Source: Eledone cirrhosa (lineage: Eukaryota). From it: DNA of 64,000 nt. Position numbers and translations under genes: made by a program. Positions 53,776-64,000 of this stretch are shown here, piece after piece (position 1 is the stretch's first letter; each line of letters begins with the position of its first letter). The notes below the pieces were generated by a model. The model made no database searches. It was not told the DNA's origin and saw only the letters and a program-made list of their open reading frames with translations. Where the stretch lies: positions 144,212,001 to 144,276,000 of the forward strand of contig OZ024741.1 in NCBI GenBank assembly GCA_964016885.1, in the 5' to 3' direction.

Positions 53776-55785
53776 TTTCGTTTCTTTATCTGAAATCGTG
53801 TGTTGAAACCGATATTGTTATACTTTGGGAGGGTCATGTTGCCAATAAGAAACACACGCACCACTCGCTTTCACTTCAATTTATTATAATAAATTTATAA
53901 TAAATTTATAAATTTCTGGTTGGTTGGTTGGTTCCACAACCAGATAGTTGTTTATATATTGTCAAACTTCTTTCGTCACACACTCTGTGACCTCTTCAGT
54001 GACTGGGGATTCCTTTCTTTGTTTCTGTGCCTCTCCTTTGTTCTGTCCTACGCCATTTTGTTTCTGTGTGTGTGTTGTGTGCTCAGTCTGCGCATGCGCC
54101 ACATCCGGGTGTCTGTGTGTGTTTATATTCATTTATTTATTTGTTTATTTACATGTTACTGGTTGGTTGTTTGTTCTATGTGTGTGTGTGTTTTCATTTT
54201 GTCCTTAATTGTAAGTTGTGATGTTGCTGTTCCACTCATATTTTCTATTTAATTTTGGTTGTAATTCTTTTATGTTTATTGCCTCTGTAATTTGTCTAAA
54301 CATTGCGTCTTTTCTGTGTGTAGATTCTATTTTTATTTCTATGTTCTCTAATTTACCCTTGTGTTCTATTTTAGCATGTTGGTAGAGTACAGATGATTCT
54401 TTACTATCTTGAATGTCTCGCCAGTGTTCATTTATCCGTTCCCCTACACTACGAGCTGTCTCACCTATGTACACTATATTTTTGTCTCTACATTGTCCTT
54501 CAGTACATCTTATGCTATACACTACATTTCTAATTGTACAGTTAATATGGGGGGCTTATTTTACAGGTTATACATTTCTTATCTATACATGAGGGTCTTT
54601 GGAAAGGATATGTCTTGCTAATAAGTGTTTTTACGGAGGTACCTGGTCTTTCTACTATCTTAATGTTGAGTTTATGTTTATTTAGGGCCCTTCTAAATTT
54701 GTAAGCTAATTCACCTCTAGGGGTTGTATCGATGAACATTACACTCTGGTATTTATTGCTATCATACCATGAGTTTATTCTATTAGCCTTGTTCCTAGTT
54801 CTTTCTATTATATTCCAAAATTTGCTCCTATACAAGGGGCAGGTCCCATTTATGTCATTATTTACCATTTTTTTCCATTTGGTTCTGGCTCCTCTATACA
54901 CTCGGATTTTATCTCTCTGATTGTAGCCAGAGAACTGCATACGGTGGATGAAGTGTTGTATGTGTCTCTCTAGTTCTTCGGGGTTGCACATGCGGGACAC
55001 GTTTCTCATCACCCGTACCAAATCCGCAATCAGTATGTTGATTTGGGTATGGTCCGAAACGGCCGAGTTTCGGTGGATCAGATGTTTGGAAGTCATGGGT
55101 TTGGCATAATGGGAATGGAGGATTTGTTTTTTGTTATTAATGGTATCTAACCAGAGCTCTGTGTCTAGTACAGGTAATCTATGGTTGGGGTGTTTACTTG
55201 GGTAGTCTATAGTAACTCTAATGCTCTGGTGGATGGAGTTAGCTATTTGCTGGATGCTTTCCATTGTGTTTTTCTCTAGTTCCTGACTGTTCTCTAGTGG
55301 GGGTGTCTTAACTACGATGTTTATATCATCAACGTAGCGGGAGTACATTATCAGGGTTAAGGGGTCTTCTAATTGTTCTTTAAGTTTAAGTTTAAGTCTA
55401 CTGTCCCACCATACCATGAATAAGTTAGCTATGTCGCCTGCAATGCTAACACCAATGGCTGCTCCTTCCTCTTGGGCATATGTTTTTCCATTAAATTTGA
55501 ACATATGTTCCTTAAGGGTTAGTTTTATGCTGGCCCCTACCGCATGTGCAATCATTTTCTTCAGTTCATAGTGGTTTTCGGGTGTCCGTATGGCTCTGCT
55601 CCACCCGTTCCATCTATCTGTGTGGGTTTTCTTGGCCATTGAGGTAATGGTAGGTGGTCTGCCTCTTGCTGGTTTTGTAGGGCACAGGTTGCTAAGGTAA
55701 TATGTGTCTAGGTAAATTGAAGTGAAAGCAACTGGTGCGTGTGTTTCTTATTGGCAACATGACCCTCCCAAAGTATAACAATATA
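53775..55785 (-). mobile_element. 5'-truncated PLE (family A; possibly Nematis-like) with inverted pLTR tip at its 5' end
   Basis: QEEGAAIG, RYVDD, LPVLD, HYAKPM, CIDKKCITC and YIGETARS are present. 55714-55785 is an inverted copy of 53812-53882. Confidence 0.92.
53961..54003 (-). ncRNA. Type I hammerhead ribozyme, family A
   Basis: gtca CTGAAGA ggtcaca gagtg tgtgac GAAA gaag TT tgac. Confidence 0.7.
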
Positions 55786-55808
55786 TACATATATATACAT
55801 ATATATAT

Positions 55809-57300
55809 CTACATCAGGCAGTGACGGTCCACAGAATCAAAGGCCTTCCTAAAGTCAATGAAAACCATGACCGCAGGAAGGCACTTTGCTCTAGCTCCCT
55901 CTAATATCCGCCTCAGCATCAGGATGTGACTGGTGGTTGATCTTCCCTCTCTGAAGCCGTTCTGGTTGTCCCTGAGCTTCTTTTCCATCTCAGGCTGGAT
56001 CCTGTTAAGAATCATCCTGTTGAGGGTCTTTGCTACAAGTGACGTCAGTGAGATCCCCCTGTAGTTGTTGGTGTTAGAGAGATCTCCCTTCTTTGACACT
56101 GGGACGATGTTACTGATTCGGGGCAACTCCTTTCTCCAGTTCCTGGTTACAGAACCCCAGGATGATATCATCAAAATCACACCTCTTCATCACCTCTGAT
56201 GCGACTCCATCGACTCCATAAGCCTTGCCCTCCTTGATCTTCTTTTTGGCTCTCTGAAGCTCCTCAGGCTTATGGAATCCCCAAGAAGATAATGGATCTG
56301 ATATCACTGCTGTACACCAACACCAAAACCCAAGTCATTACACCTGATGGGATTACAGAGTTCTTGAGATACTGGCTGGAGTGCTCCAGGGAGATACATT
56401 GGCTCCCTACCTTTTTATCATCGTAGTGGACTATTGTATGCGCCTTGTGCTGGAGAAACACCAGGACTCTGGCTTTACTGTAGCACCGGCTCAGAGCAGG
56501 AGAGTTAAGGCGAAAAAGATATCAGATGCTGAATTTGCCGACGACATAGTTTCGGTGACAAATACAGTGAAGGAGGCAGAGGATTTGATGCAGGAGGTTG
56601 AGACTGTGTCGATGAGTGTGGGGCTGAGAATGAATGAGACTAAAACAAAATATTTGGTAGAGAATGTTGAGAAGCCAGAGGGGATCACTAATGTAGGCGG
56701 GAAGCCGCTAGAATTGGTCGAGGACTTCCTGTATTTGGGAGCAAAGATTGGGAATACGGAAGATGATATGGTTGAGAGGATGAACAAAGCCTGGGCGGCG
56801 TGCCACAGCTTCAGATCGGTGTGGAAGTCGGATCTTCGTAAAGACCTGAAAATCCGCCTCTTCATTGCTGTAGTGGAGTCTGTGCTGCTGTACGGGTCTG
56901 AGACTTGGACACTGACCAAGAAACTCACTCAGATAGTGGATAGGTGCTACACGAGAATGCTGAGACTGGCTCTGAACATTAATCAGTATACACTGAGGAT
57001 GAAAAACTCAGAGCTGTATGGGAGCATCCCAAAAGTCAGCTCCAAAGTTACACAGCGGAGACTGAGGTTGGCTGGACATGCTCACCGACATCCAGAGTTG
57101 ACATTGTACTCAATGCTCCTGTGGGAGCCCCTACATGGACACACTGGAAGAGGAAGACCAAGGATAACGTATGTTGATGCCCTAAGGACAGACACTGGTC
57201 TGTTGGAGACGCAGGACATGGCAGCGATAATGAGGGACAGAGAGCGCTGGAGAGAACTCGTCCATACGGATCTCGGGAATTTTACCCGCCCTAGAAAAAA
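55809..57300 (+). mobile_element. RTE LINE with 5' inversion
   Basis: The minus piece 55809-56265 has NYRGISL, QNGFR and FIDFRKAFDSV. The plus piece from ~56261 has [23 protein letters not shown] and LLYGSETW. Confidence 0.92.
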
Positions 57301-57329
57301 AAAATATATATACATATATACATATATAT

Positions 57330-57494
<165 letters not shown>

Positions 57495-57574
57495 TATTTA
57501 CATATATATATATATATACATATATATATGTACATATACATACACACATATATATATATATTATATATATATCG

Positions 57575-57672
57575 GCCTCGTAAAGATGAAAGGCAAAGTT
57601 AACCTCGGCGGGATTTGAACCCAAAACATAAAAAGCCATAACTCTATGCTGCAAAGCATGGTGTCTGACGGG
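57575..57672 (-). mobile_element. Partial tRNA-derived SINE
   Basis: gatgaaaggcaaagttaacctcggcgggatttgaac. Confidence 0.8.
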
Positions 57673-58391
57673 CAAATAAAAAAAAGAAAAAAAAGAAACC
57701 TCTCTCTCTCGCTTTCTCTCTCTCACCCCCTCTCTCTCTATAAATATATATGCTCTCACGTGGATGTATGATTGTATGTGGATATATTTATTCATATACT
57801 ATATACTCATGAATGTGTATGTGAGAAAATTGTGAGATTTATTGCTAGCTAAAGAATAATGGGTATGTGTAATATAAAGCTGAAGTAAAGTGGGTGTAAA
57901 TATGAAACTAAAGACAGGAGGAAAGAAAGAATGGAAGAACGACAGAAAAACAAAAGGTTGAAAGAATGAATGAAAGAAAGAATGAAAGAGAGAAAATTAA
58001 AGAAAGAACGATAGAAAGAAGAAAAGAGAGAAATAATAAATGAATGAAAGAAAGTAAGAAGAAAACAAGGTAGAAAGAAAGAAGAATAGAAAGAAAGAAG
58101 AATCGAAAGAAAAAAATGTAGAAAGAAAGACATGAAGGAAGAAGAAAAGAAAGAACAAGAGAAAGAAGCCCAAAACAGCAGACGATCACCATGGCATATT
58201 TCAGTCAATAATGTTGGGATTGATCTTTACGTGAGTAGTTTAATATTAGTATATTAATGGCGGCAATGACGTCACTGCCTCGTTTTGGCAGTTGAAGGTT
58301 TTTCTCTGACAAGTAAATAGATGAATACATACATATACACACACCTGCATGCAAACACAACACCCACCCACACCCATAAACGCACACGCAC

Positions 58392-58448
<57 letters not shown>

Positions 58449-58529
58449 GTAGGCGGTGAGTTTTATTGTAGCACAATAAAGCAATGCAAATATCGGATGA
58501 GTAGCACTCCACAGTTTATAGGACTGGAG

Positions 58530-58865
58530 TATATATAATATAAGATCAAAAGATGGTTAAAAGAGTTCCATATATTTTATTATACGCATTTTAAAAACAA
58601 ATATCATCATGGGATGATATTTGCGTTCTCATCAGATAAAATAGGGAGACATGATATGAAGCTTAAAAAATACTTGCGAGCAGTGAAGTGTTAAATCAAC
58701 ATATTATGTTGATTTAACACTTCACAGCTCGCAAGTATTTTTTAAGCTTCATATCATGTCTCCCTATTTTATCTGATGAGAACGCAAATATCATCCCATG
58801 ATGATATTTGTTTTTAAAATGCGTATAATAAAATATATGGAACTCTTTTAACCATCTTTTGATCT

Positions 58866-58878
<13 letters not shown>
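58530..58878. repeat. ~350-bp near-perfect palindrome (centre 58704) of a pLTR-like unit
   Basis: One mismatch between the arms by eye; it ends in (TA)n. Confidence 0.92.
58765..58835 (+). ncRNA. Hammerhead-like motif with mutated GAAA (mirror at 58573-58643)
   Basis: tattttat CTGATGA gaacg caaatatcat..atgatatttg ttttt AAAA tgcgta TA ataaaata. Confidence 0.6.
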
Positions 58879-58924
<46 letters not shown>

Positions 58925-59020
58925 TGTATGTATATATATATATACATACATACACGCAGAAACACACACACATACATACACACACACACACACAAAGACA
59001 CATATATATATACATATGCA

Positions 59021-59109
<89 letters not shown>

Positions 59110-59289
59110 ACTTTTGTTGAGAACGACATTTGAGCATCCGGCTATTCGATCACCCAAACTACTTGCACATTGAATTGATGTAAAAAGTGCCCGAGCATTC
59201 AAAAAGTATGTATACCCATAACATAATTTTCAAGCTGAATCTCCGTTAAACGGTGTGTTACCACGCTATGCATTTTGATTAAAAGGACA

Positions 59290-59450
59290 ATATGTCCGAC
59301 GGGCTTCCAAACAGTTTCTGCCTAACCAATTTCATTGACAAGAGTTGAGTCGACCCGAAGTTACAGTAAAAAACAAGCATGTCCAAGATGTCACACAGTG
59401 GGACCGAACTGGGAGCTAATGATGCTATGTAACTGCCGAGTTGAAGTTAT
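59290..59450 (-). mobile_element. Old CORE-like SINE fragment
   Basis: tgtccaagatgtcacacagtgggaccgaac resembles a reversed B-box plus CORE segment. Confidence 0.5.
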
Positions 59451-59613
59451 CAACAAACACTCTATTCTGCAAGCAGTAATGCATTCAGGGTGTGTTTCCC
59501 TAGTAACGGCACTAGATTTGGATCGAGGTTTGGTAAAGTTACATTGAGACATTGATTTTGTTAATCCTTCATAATCCGGATAATGCTAGTAATAAATGTT
59601 GCATTACTTCATA

Positions 59614-59706
<93 letters not shown>

Positions 59707-60068
59707 TTTTCGGTGCGCCCGGCCGATTAACTCACTCGATATGCAAATTAGGCTGCTCACCCGTTAATATGCATAAGGAAAGTATATACTTTCAGACGTT
59801 CAATCATCTGGCAGGAAGGTATACGGTGGTGCTAACGATAGCTAATAAGCTTGAAACTAGTACATCGTTCCTTTGTCTGTGTTGAATAAAAGGGCAACGA
59901 TGGTTGCTAAACACTGTACGGCTTAATTCGGGATGTTTGTTTACAAACAAACCGAGCATTATAATAAATGTTCGGTGAATCCATACGTACATATATATAT
60001 ATATATGTGTGCATGTATGTATATATATACATACTACTGTACGTCTGTATACATATATGCATGTACGT

Positions 60069-60137
<69 letters not shown>

Positions 60138-60152
60138 CATATATATATGTAT

Positions 60153-60290
60153 ATGAGTCCCGGGTTCAATCAGGGGTAACCGCAGTAAGCAAGGTACTCA
60201 ATACATAAGTAGAGTGTAAACATCAAAATTAATATAGAAATGGCTTCTACATGGTTTCATTCGAAAGAAATCACATTTCTTTCGAGCAGG
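60153..60290 (-). mobile_element. pLTR 3' stub related to family D, with short fold-back
   Basis: Similar to 51360-51470. It has the half hammerhead gaat GAAA ccatg TA gaagcc and the hairpin tcgaaagaaat/atttctttcga. Confidence 0.7.
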
Positions 60291-60483
60291 GGTATTCCCA
60301 GTTCCCATTAATATGCCCAATGCCTCTCAGACCAAAAATGAAATCAAAATATAGGACAGATAATCAAAAGCGAAGACAAATTCATTTACGAAACAATAAT
60401 ACAAACAAATATTGTTGATTACATTGGTCAGGTGAAAAAATGTTTGTCAGAGAAGTTGAGTGTTGCTATAAGGAAAAAAATAG

Positions 60484-60840
60484 AACCCCCATTAGGGTGT
60501 CTTAATATTATTGAAATTTGCTGAAATTTTGTGAATATGCATCATATGTTTAAATTTCATATAAATCGAAGGGAAAACATTTTCAGCGGGGGTTTTCAGC
60601 GGGAGTTTTGTGTCCCCGGGGAACCCTTTGATTAAAATGAAATATACTTATCCAAGTACTCTGGGCAATGTAGTTTCAGAATATATATGGTTATGGGGGC
60701 CTATCTCCAAAGCCACAGGAGGTGTTTGTGAAATCTTGTTCCATTTATTGGCCAAAAATTTCAGTATAGGGGGTTTAACCCCCATTAGGGTGCCTTAATA
60801 TTATTGAAATTTGCTGAAATTCTGTGAATAGGCATCATAT
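60484..60840. repeat. Direct repeat of ~65 bp at ~293-bp spacing
   Basis: aacccccattagggtg..gaaatttgctgaaatt..gcatcatat at 60484 and 60777. Confidence 0.75.
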
Positions 60841-60849
60841 CTATGTGTG

Positions 60850-60927
<78 letters not shown>

Positions 60928-61005
60928 CACACACACACACACACACATATATATGTACAAATATGTGTGCGTATACATTCACACATGTATATGTATAATA
61001 CTTAC

Positions 61006-61048
<43 letters not shown>

Positions 61049-62119
61049 TACACATACATTGAATGGACTTCTGTCGGCTCAAGAAATTAACATGTAAGTG
61101 GGTGAACATTCCACAGACACGTGTACCCATAACTTAATTCTATCCACATTTAGTTAAGTTCTCGGAGTACAGACCAATCGGCATGTGTGAAACCGTTTTC
61201 AGCCTCTCTTACTAGACTACAATTTGCACTAAATTAATATTTTCATGGGGGAGGTTGAGAGACAGATATTTCTTCAGTGCATGTTGTATTCCAGTGATGG
61301 CTATGATGAGCCCGAATCAGAATCAAACGAACTATTTTTTTTGTTATCTCTGATCCAGTCATAGTTGGAGCTTCAACGCAATTTGAGGCTGTAAACAAAA
61401 TCAATAGACTATTCCACATTCTGTGACAATATTGATGAATAACAGGAAATAAACATCTTATGTGTGCAGATTATTGGACAAATATCCATATGATCTGTCA
61501 CAAGCCATGTCAGAGGACATGAGGCACATTAAGACAATGCATGCACTAAATTTGAATAAAAATACGAGGTCATATCAACTTTAAATACAATAAAAAGTTG
61601 AATGTCATCTCCCCAAATGTATATATCGCATTTGAAAATATTCTGTGGAAAGTCATTTATGATAGCGTTGGCTGAGAGGTCATTCAAAAAATAAAGCTCT
61701 TTAAGAGCTTCTTGGAAAGGACAATGACGCAATGAATACTGTATGATCTAGTAGTGTAGATGTATGATAGCTGAATGGATAGTTAGGTGAGAGTTGAAAT
61801 ATGCGCCTGATGTAAGGACAACACTAATTTTATTTTATTTTTTATACCATTGTTGGTTAAACCGCTTTGCAACTAAGAGAAATGTCTGGTCAGAACAGCA
61901 ATGTTTTTCATCATAGGTCTGTTAACCTCAGGCAAGACAACAACTATTATGGTTAACCGATTGTCCAAGCAGTCGCTAGATAGGCCTCCATTGGTAAGGG
62001 CTGACCATTGGTTTGAACAAGAAATTTCCTGGGCAATATGTTTTGTAAAAGTCAACTATGCATGCCAATACCCACTCCCCACGACACCTCCATTTTCCAA
62101 GGAAAAAGTCTATTACAGC

Positions 62120-62270
62120 TTGTTATCGGTGTCGACCCCAGCTAATTGAAATGAGTAGCGTGAAATAAATTATCTTGCTCCAGTACATACGCGTTAACCG
62201 GTCTAAGAATTGAACTCACGACCTCACGATCGTAAGCTCATCATTCGAACTACTTATCTACGCGTATTAA
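62120..62270 (-). mobile_element. Diverged SINE (family of 17812)
   Basis: cgtgaaataaa..tcttgctc..gaattgaactcacgacctcacgat. Confidence 0.6.
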
Positions 62271-62353
62271 CCTGTAGCTGATACTGATGACATTCAAACA
62301 ACCGGTACATGAATGACCCCATACTGTATGTCGTAGATAACAAACAACTAGAT

Positions 62354-62629
62354 CAGTCATGGGCAACCTGCGGCCCGCGAAGCTTTCCGAATGGCTCGCC
62401 TAAGTCATCTAAGTGAAATCTTTCTGATTTTTTTTATCCCAACTTTTCAGTCGTAATTTATCTTGCTATCATTTTTACGTGTACGAATTCTGAAGAAACA
62501 AATCAAAACAACCTGAGTTACCGCTCTTATTTTTAATGTGGGCACGCATGTAAATAGGCGCTTGCGGTCCGCCTGACGATGAGCTATATCTCAGGCGGCC
62601 CACTTATCGAAAAACGTTGCCCATGCCGG
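62354..62629. mobile_element. hAT (Charlie/Buster-type) MITE
   Basis: TIRs cagtcatgggcaac / gttgcccatgccgg, exact 8-bp TSD aactagat, and subterminal gcggccc motifs. Confidence 0.9.
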
Positions 62630-62824
62630 AACTAGATACACCAAAGGTGCTGGTTCAGTGTAGGTTTGGGACCGAGCTGCGTAGTAGAGCGATTTTAGCA
62701 TACAGTAGATTCTGGTTTCTTTTTTTATCAAGCAAAATAGCACTCACTTGAATGAAATTCACAATTGTAAAAAGAGCCGACTGTCAGATCGGACCAAAGA
62801 AACAACGTTACGATTCCTCTTGAC

Positions 62825-62953
62825 ATTACTGGTACTATCGGCAGAAGAGGCAACGTGAAATAAAACATTTTACTCTAGAACACAGTCCAGAAATCGAATC
62901 CCCGATGTTATGATCCTGGCTCTAACACCTTAACCACTAGGCCATGCGCCTTC
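62825..62953 (-). mobile_element. Diverged SINE (family of 17812)
   Basis: taaccactaggccatgcgccttca is the reversed SINE head. Confidence 0.7.
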
Positions 62954-63334
62954 AAATGTTTAAATTGGGATTAAAATAGTTAAATCGGAGTGTAGTTTTG
63001 AGAGCAGAGATTTTATGAAGATGAAAGTGAAGTGATTTTACCTGAATATTGAAAGCTTAATGTCAAATGTTAAAACAACGACGCGAAATCATTGTAAAGT
63101 AATACAAGAGTTTTGTGAATTGTCACACAATGTTAGAAAATAGTAAAATAGTAATAGAATGCAACATAAATAGACGTACGTATACATATGGAGCAGTATG
63201 TCTTGGAATCATAGTGAAATACAACGTTTCTTAGGCATTTAAAATCTTGCGGTGCCCATCTCATTGACCGATTTCTTCCGGGAAAAGGAAACTTGAAGAG
63301 AATAATAAAGGGGAAGTATTAAAGAGATATAGCG

Positions 63335-63495
63335 AAAAGAATTGATCTCAGAACTAGATTGATAGTGTTTTATTATCGACCTAGAAATGATAAAAGGCTA
63401 AATTGATCGCGGAGGGATGTGAACTCAGAAGGAGGAGAGTCAGAAGGAATAACTCAAAACAGTCTATCCGACCTTCTGCCAATTCACTACCCACA
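63335..63495 (-). mobile_element. Old SINE (family of 5689)
   Basis: ttatcgacc..aaaggctaaattga..gggatgtgaactcagaa. Confidence 0.55.
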
Positions 63496-63522
63496 GAAAG
63501 CAAATAAATTTAAGTAAATATT

Positions 63523-63640
63523 AATTGTTTCTACTTTTGGCACAAGGCCAGCAATTACCCAGTGAATTACTGGTACTTTATTTTATCGACCCCGTAAGGA
63601 TGAAAGGCAAAGTTAACCTCGGCGGGATTTGAACTCAGAA
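63523..63640 (-). mobile_element. 5'-truncated SINE (family of 5689)
   Basis: Near-identical to 40136-40252. Confidence 0.85.
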
Positions 63641-64000
63641 TGGCAATCATGTAAATAGCACGTTGTTATTACTGTGGTGTATTATTATGGAATTGAATAA
63701 AAGAAGCCAAAATGAAGTGGAAATGGGAAGAGTGAAAGAAATAGAGGCGAAGGGGGAAGAGGAAGAGGAAAGTAGATAAAACATTTAGTATTTTATAACT
63801 GGTCGCCTGCAGATCTTTAATTAGACATTTTTCGACTATTTTAGGCCACTTTTCCCATGGCGTCTCGTGTTCCCGACACGTGGTAGTTGAATGGCGTCTT
63901 TTGAAAGATTGTTTATTTCTGCATTTGTTTGTGTGTGTGAAAATGTGTAAGCATGTGTGTGTATGCGTTTGTGCGTGTTTCACAGTATATACACGTGTGC

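Noticed and set aside
61100-62100. Host exon or transposase in the apparently unique sequence
   Set aside because: There is no long ORF or recognisable motif; left unannotated.

Overview
AT-rich eukaryotic DNA with no recognisable host exon. It is most likely an octopus or other coleoid cephalopod, inferred from the tRNA-derived SINE types and the extreme (TA)n/(CA)n/(TATG)n microsatellite load. The window is almost entirely a nest of retroelements inserted in microsatellites. These include many Penelope-like elements (PLEs: Naiad-type, Neptune-type and a third lineage), RTE LINEs, a ~550-bp RTE-derived non-autonomous family, R4/Dong-type elements, and a near full-length L1/Tx1 element. There are also SINEs, a Helitron and a hAT MITE. 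Most ORF-track entries are microsatellite artefacts. Reading the non-coding sequence by eye shows about 15 type I hammerhead ribozyme (HHR) motifs in PLE pseudo-LTRs (pLTRs); six sequence families have an intact core. It also shows a covarying hairpin, RCUC-[stem-loop]-1-2 nt bulge-GAGY-RC, between the HHR and the 3' terminus in about seven otherwise dissimilar pLTR families. Several fold-back palindromes are centred in HHR stem II, and the RTE-derived family has a covarying multi-stem 5' RNA structure that is a candidate ribozyme. All structures were folded by hand and no database searches were run.
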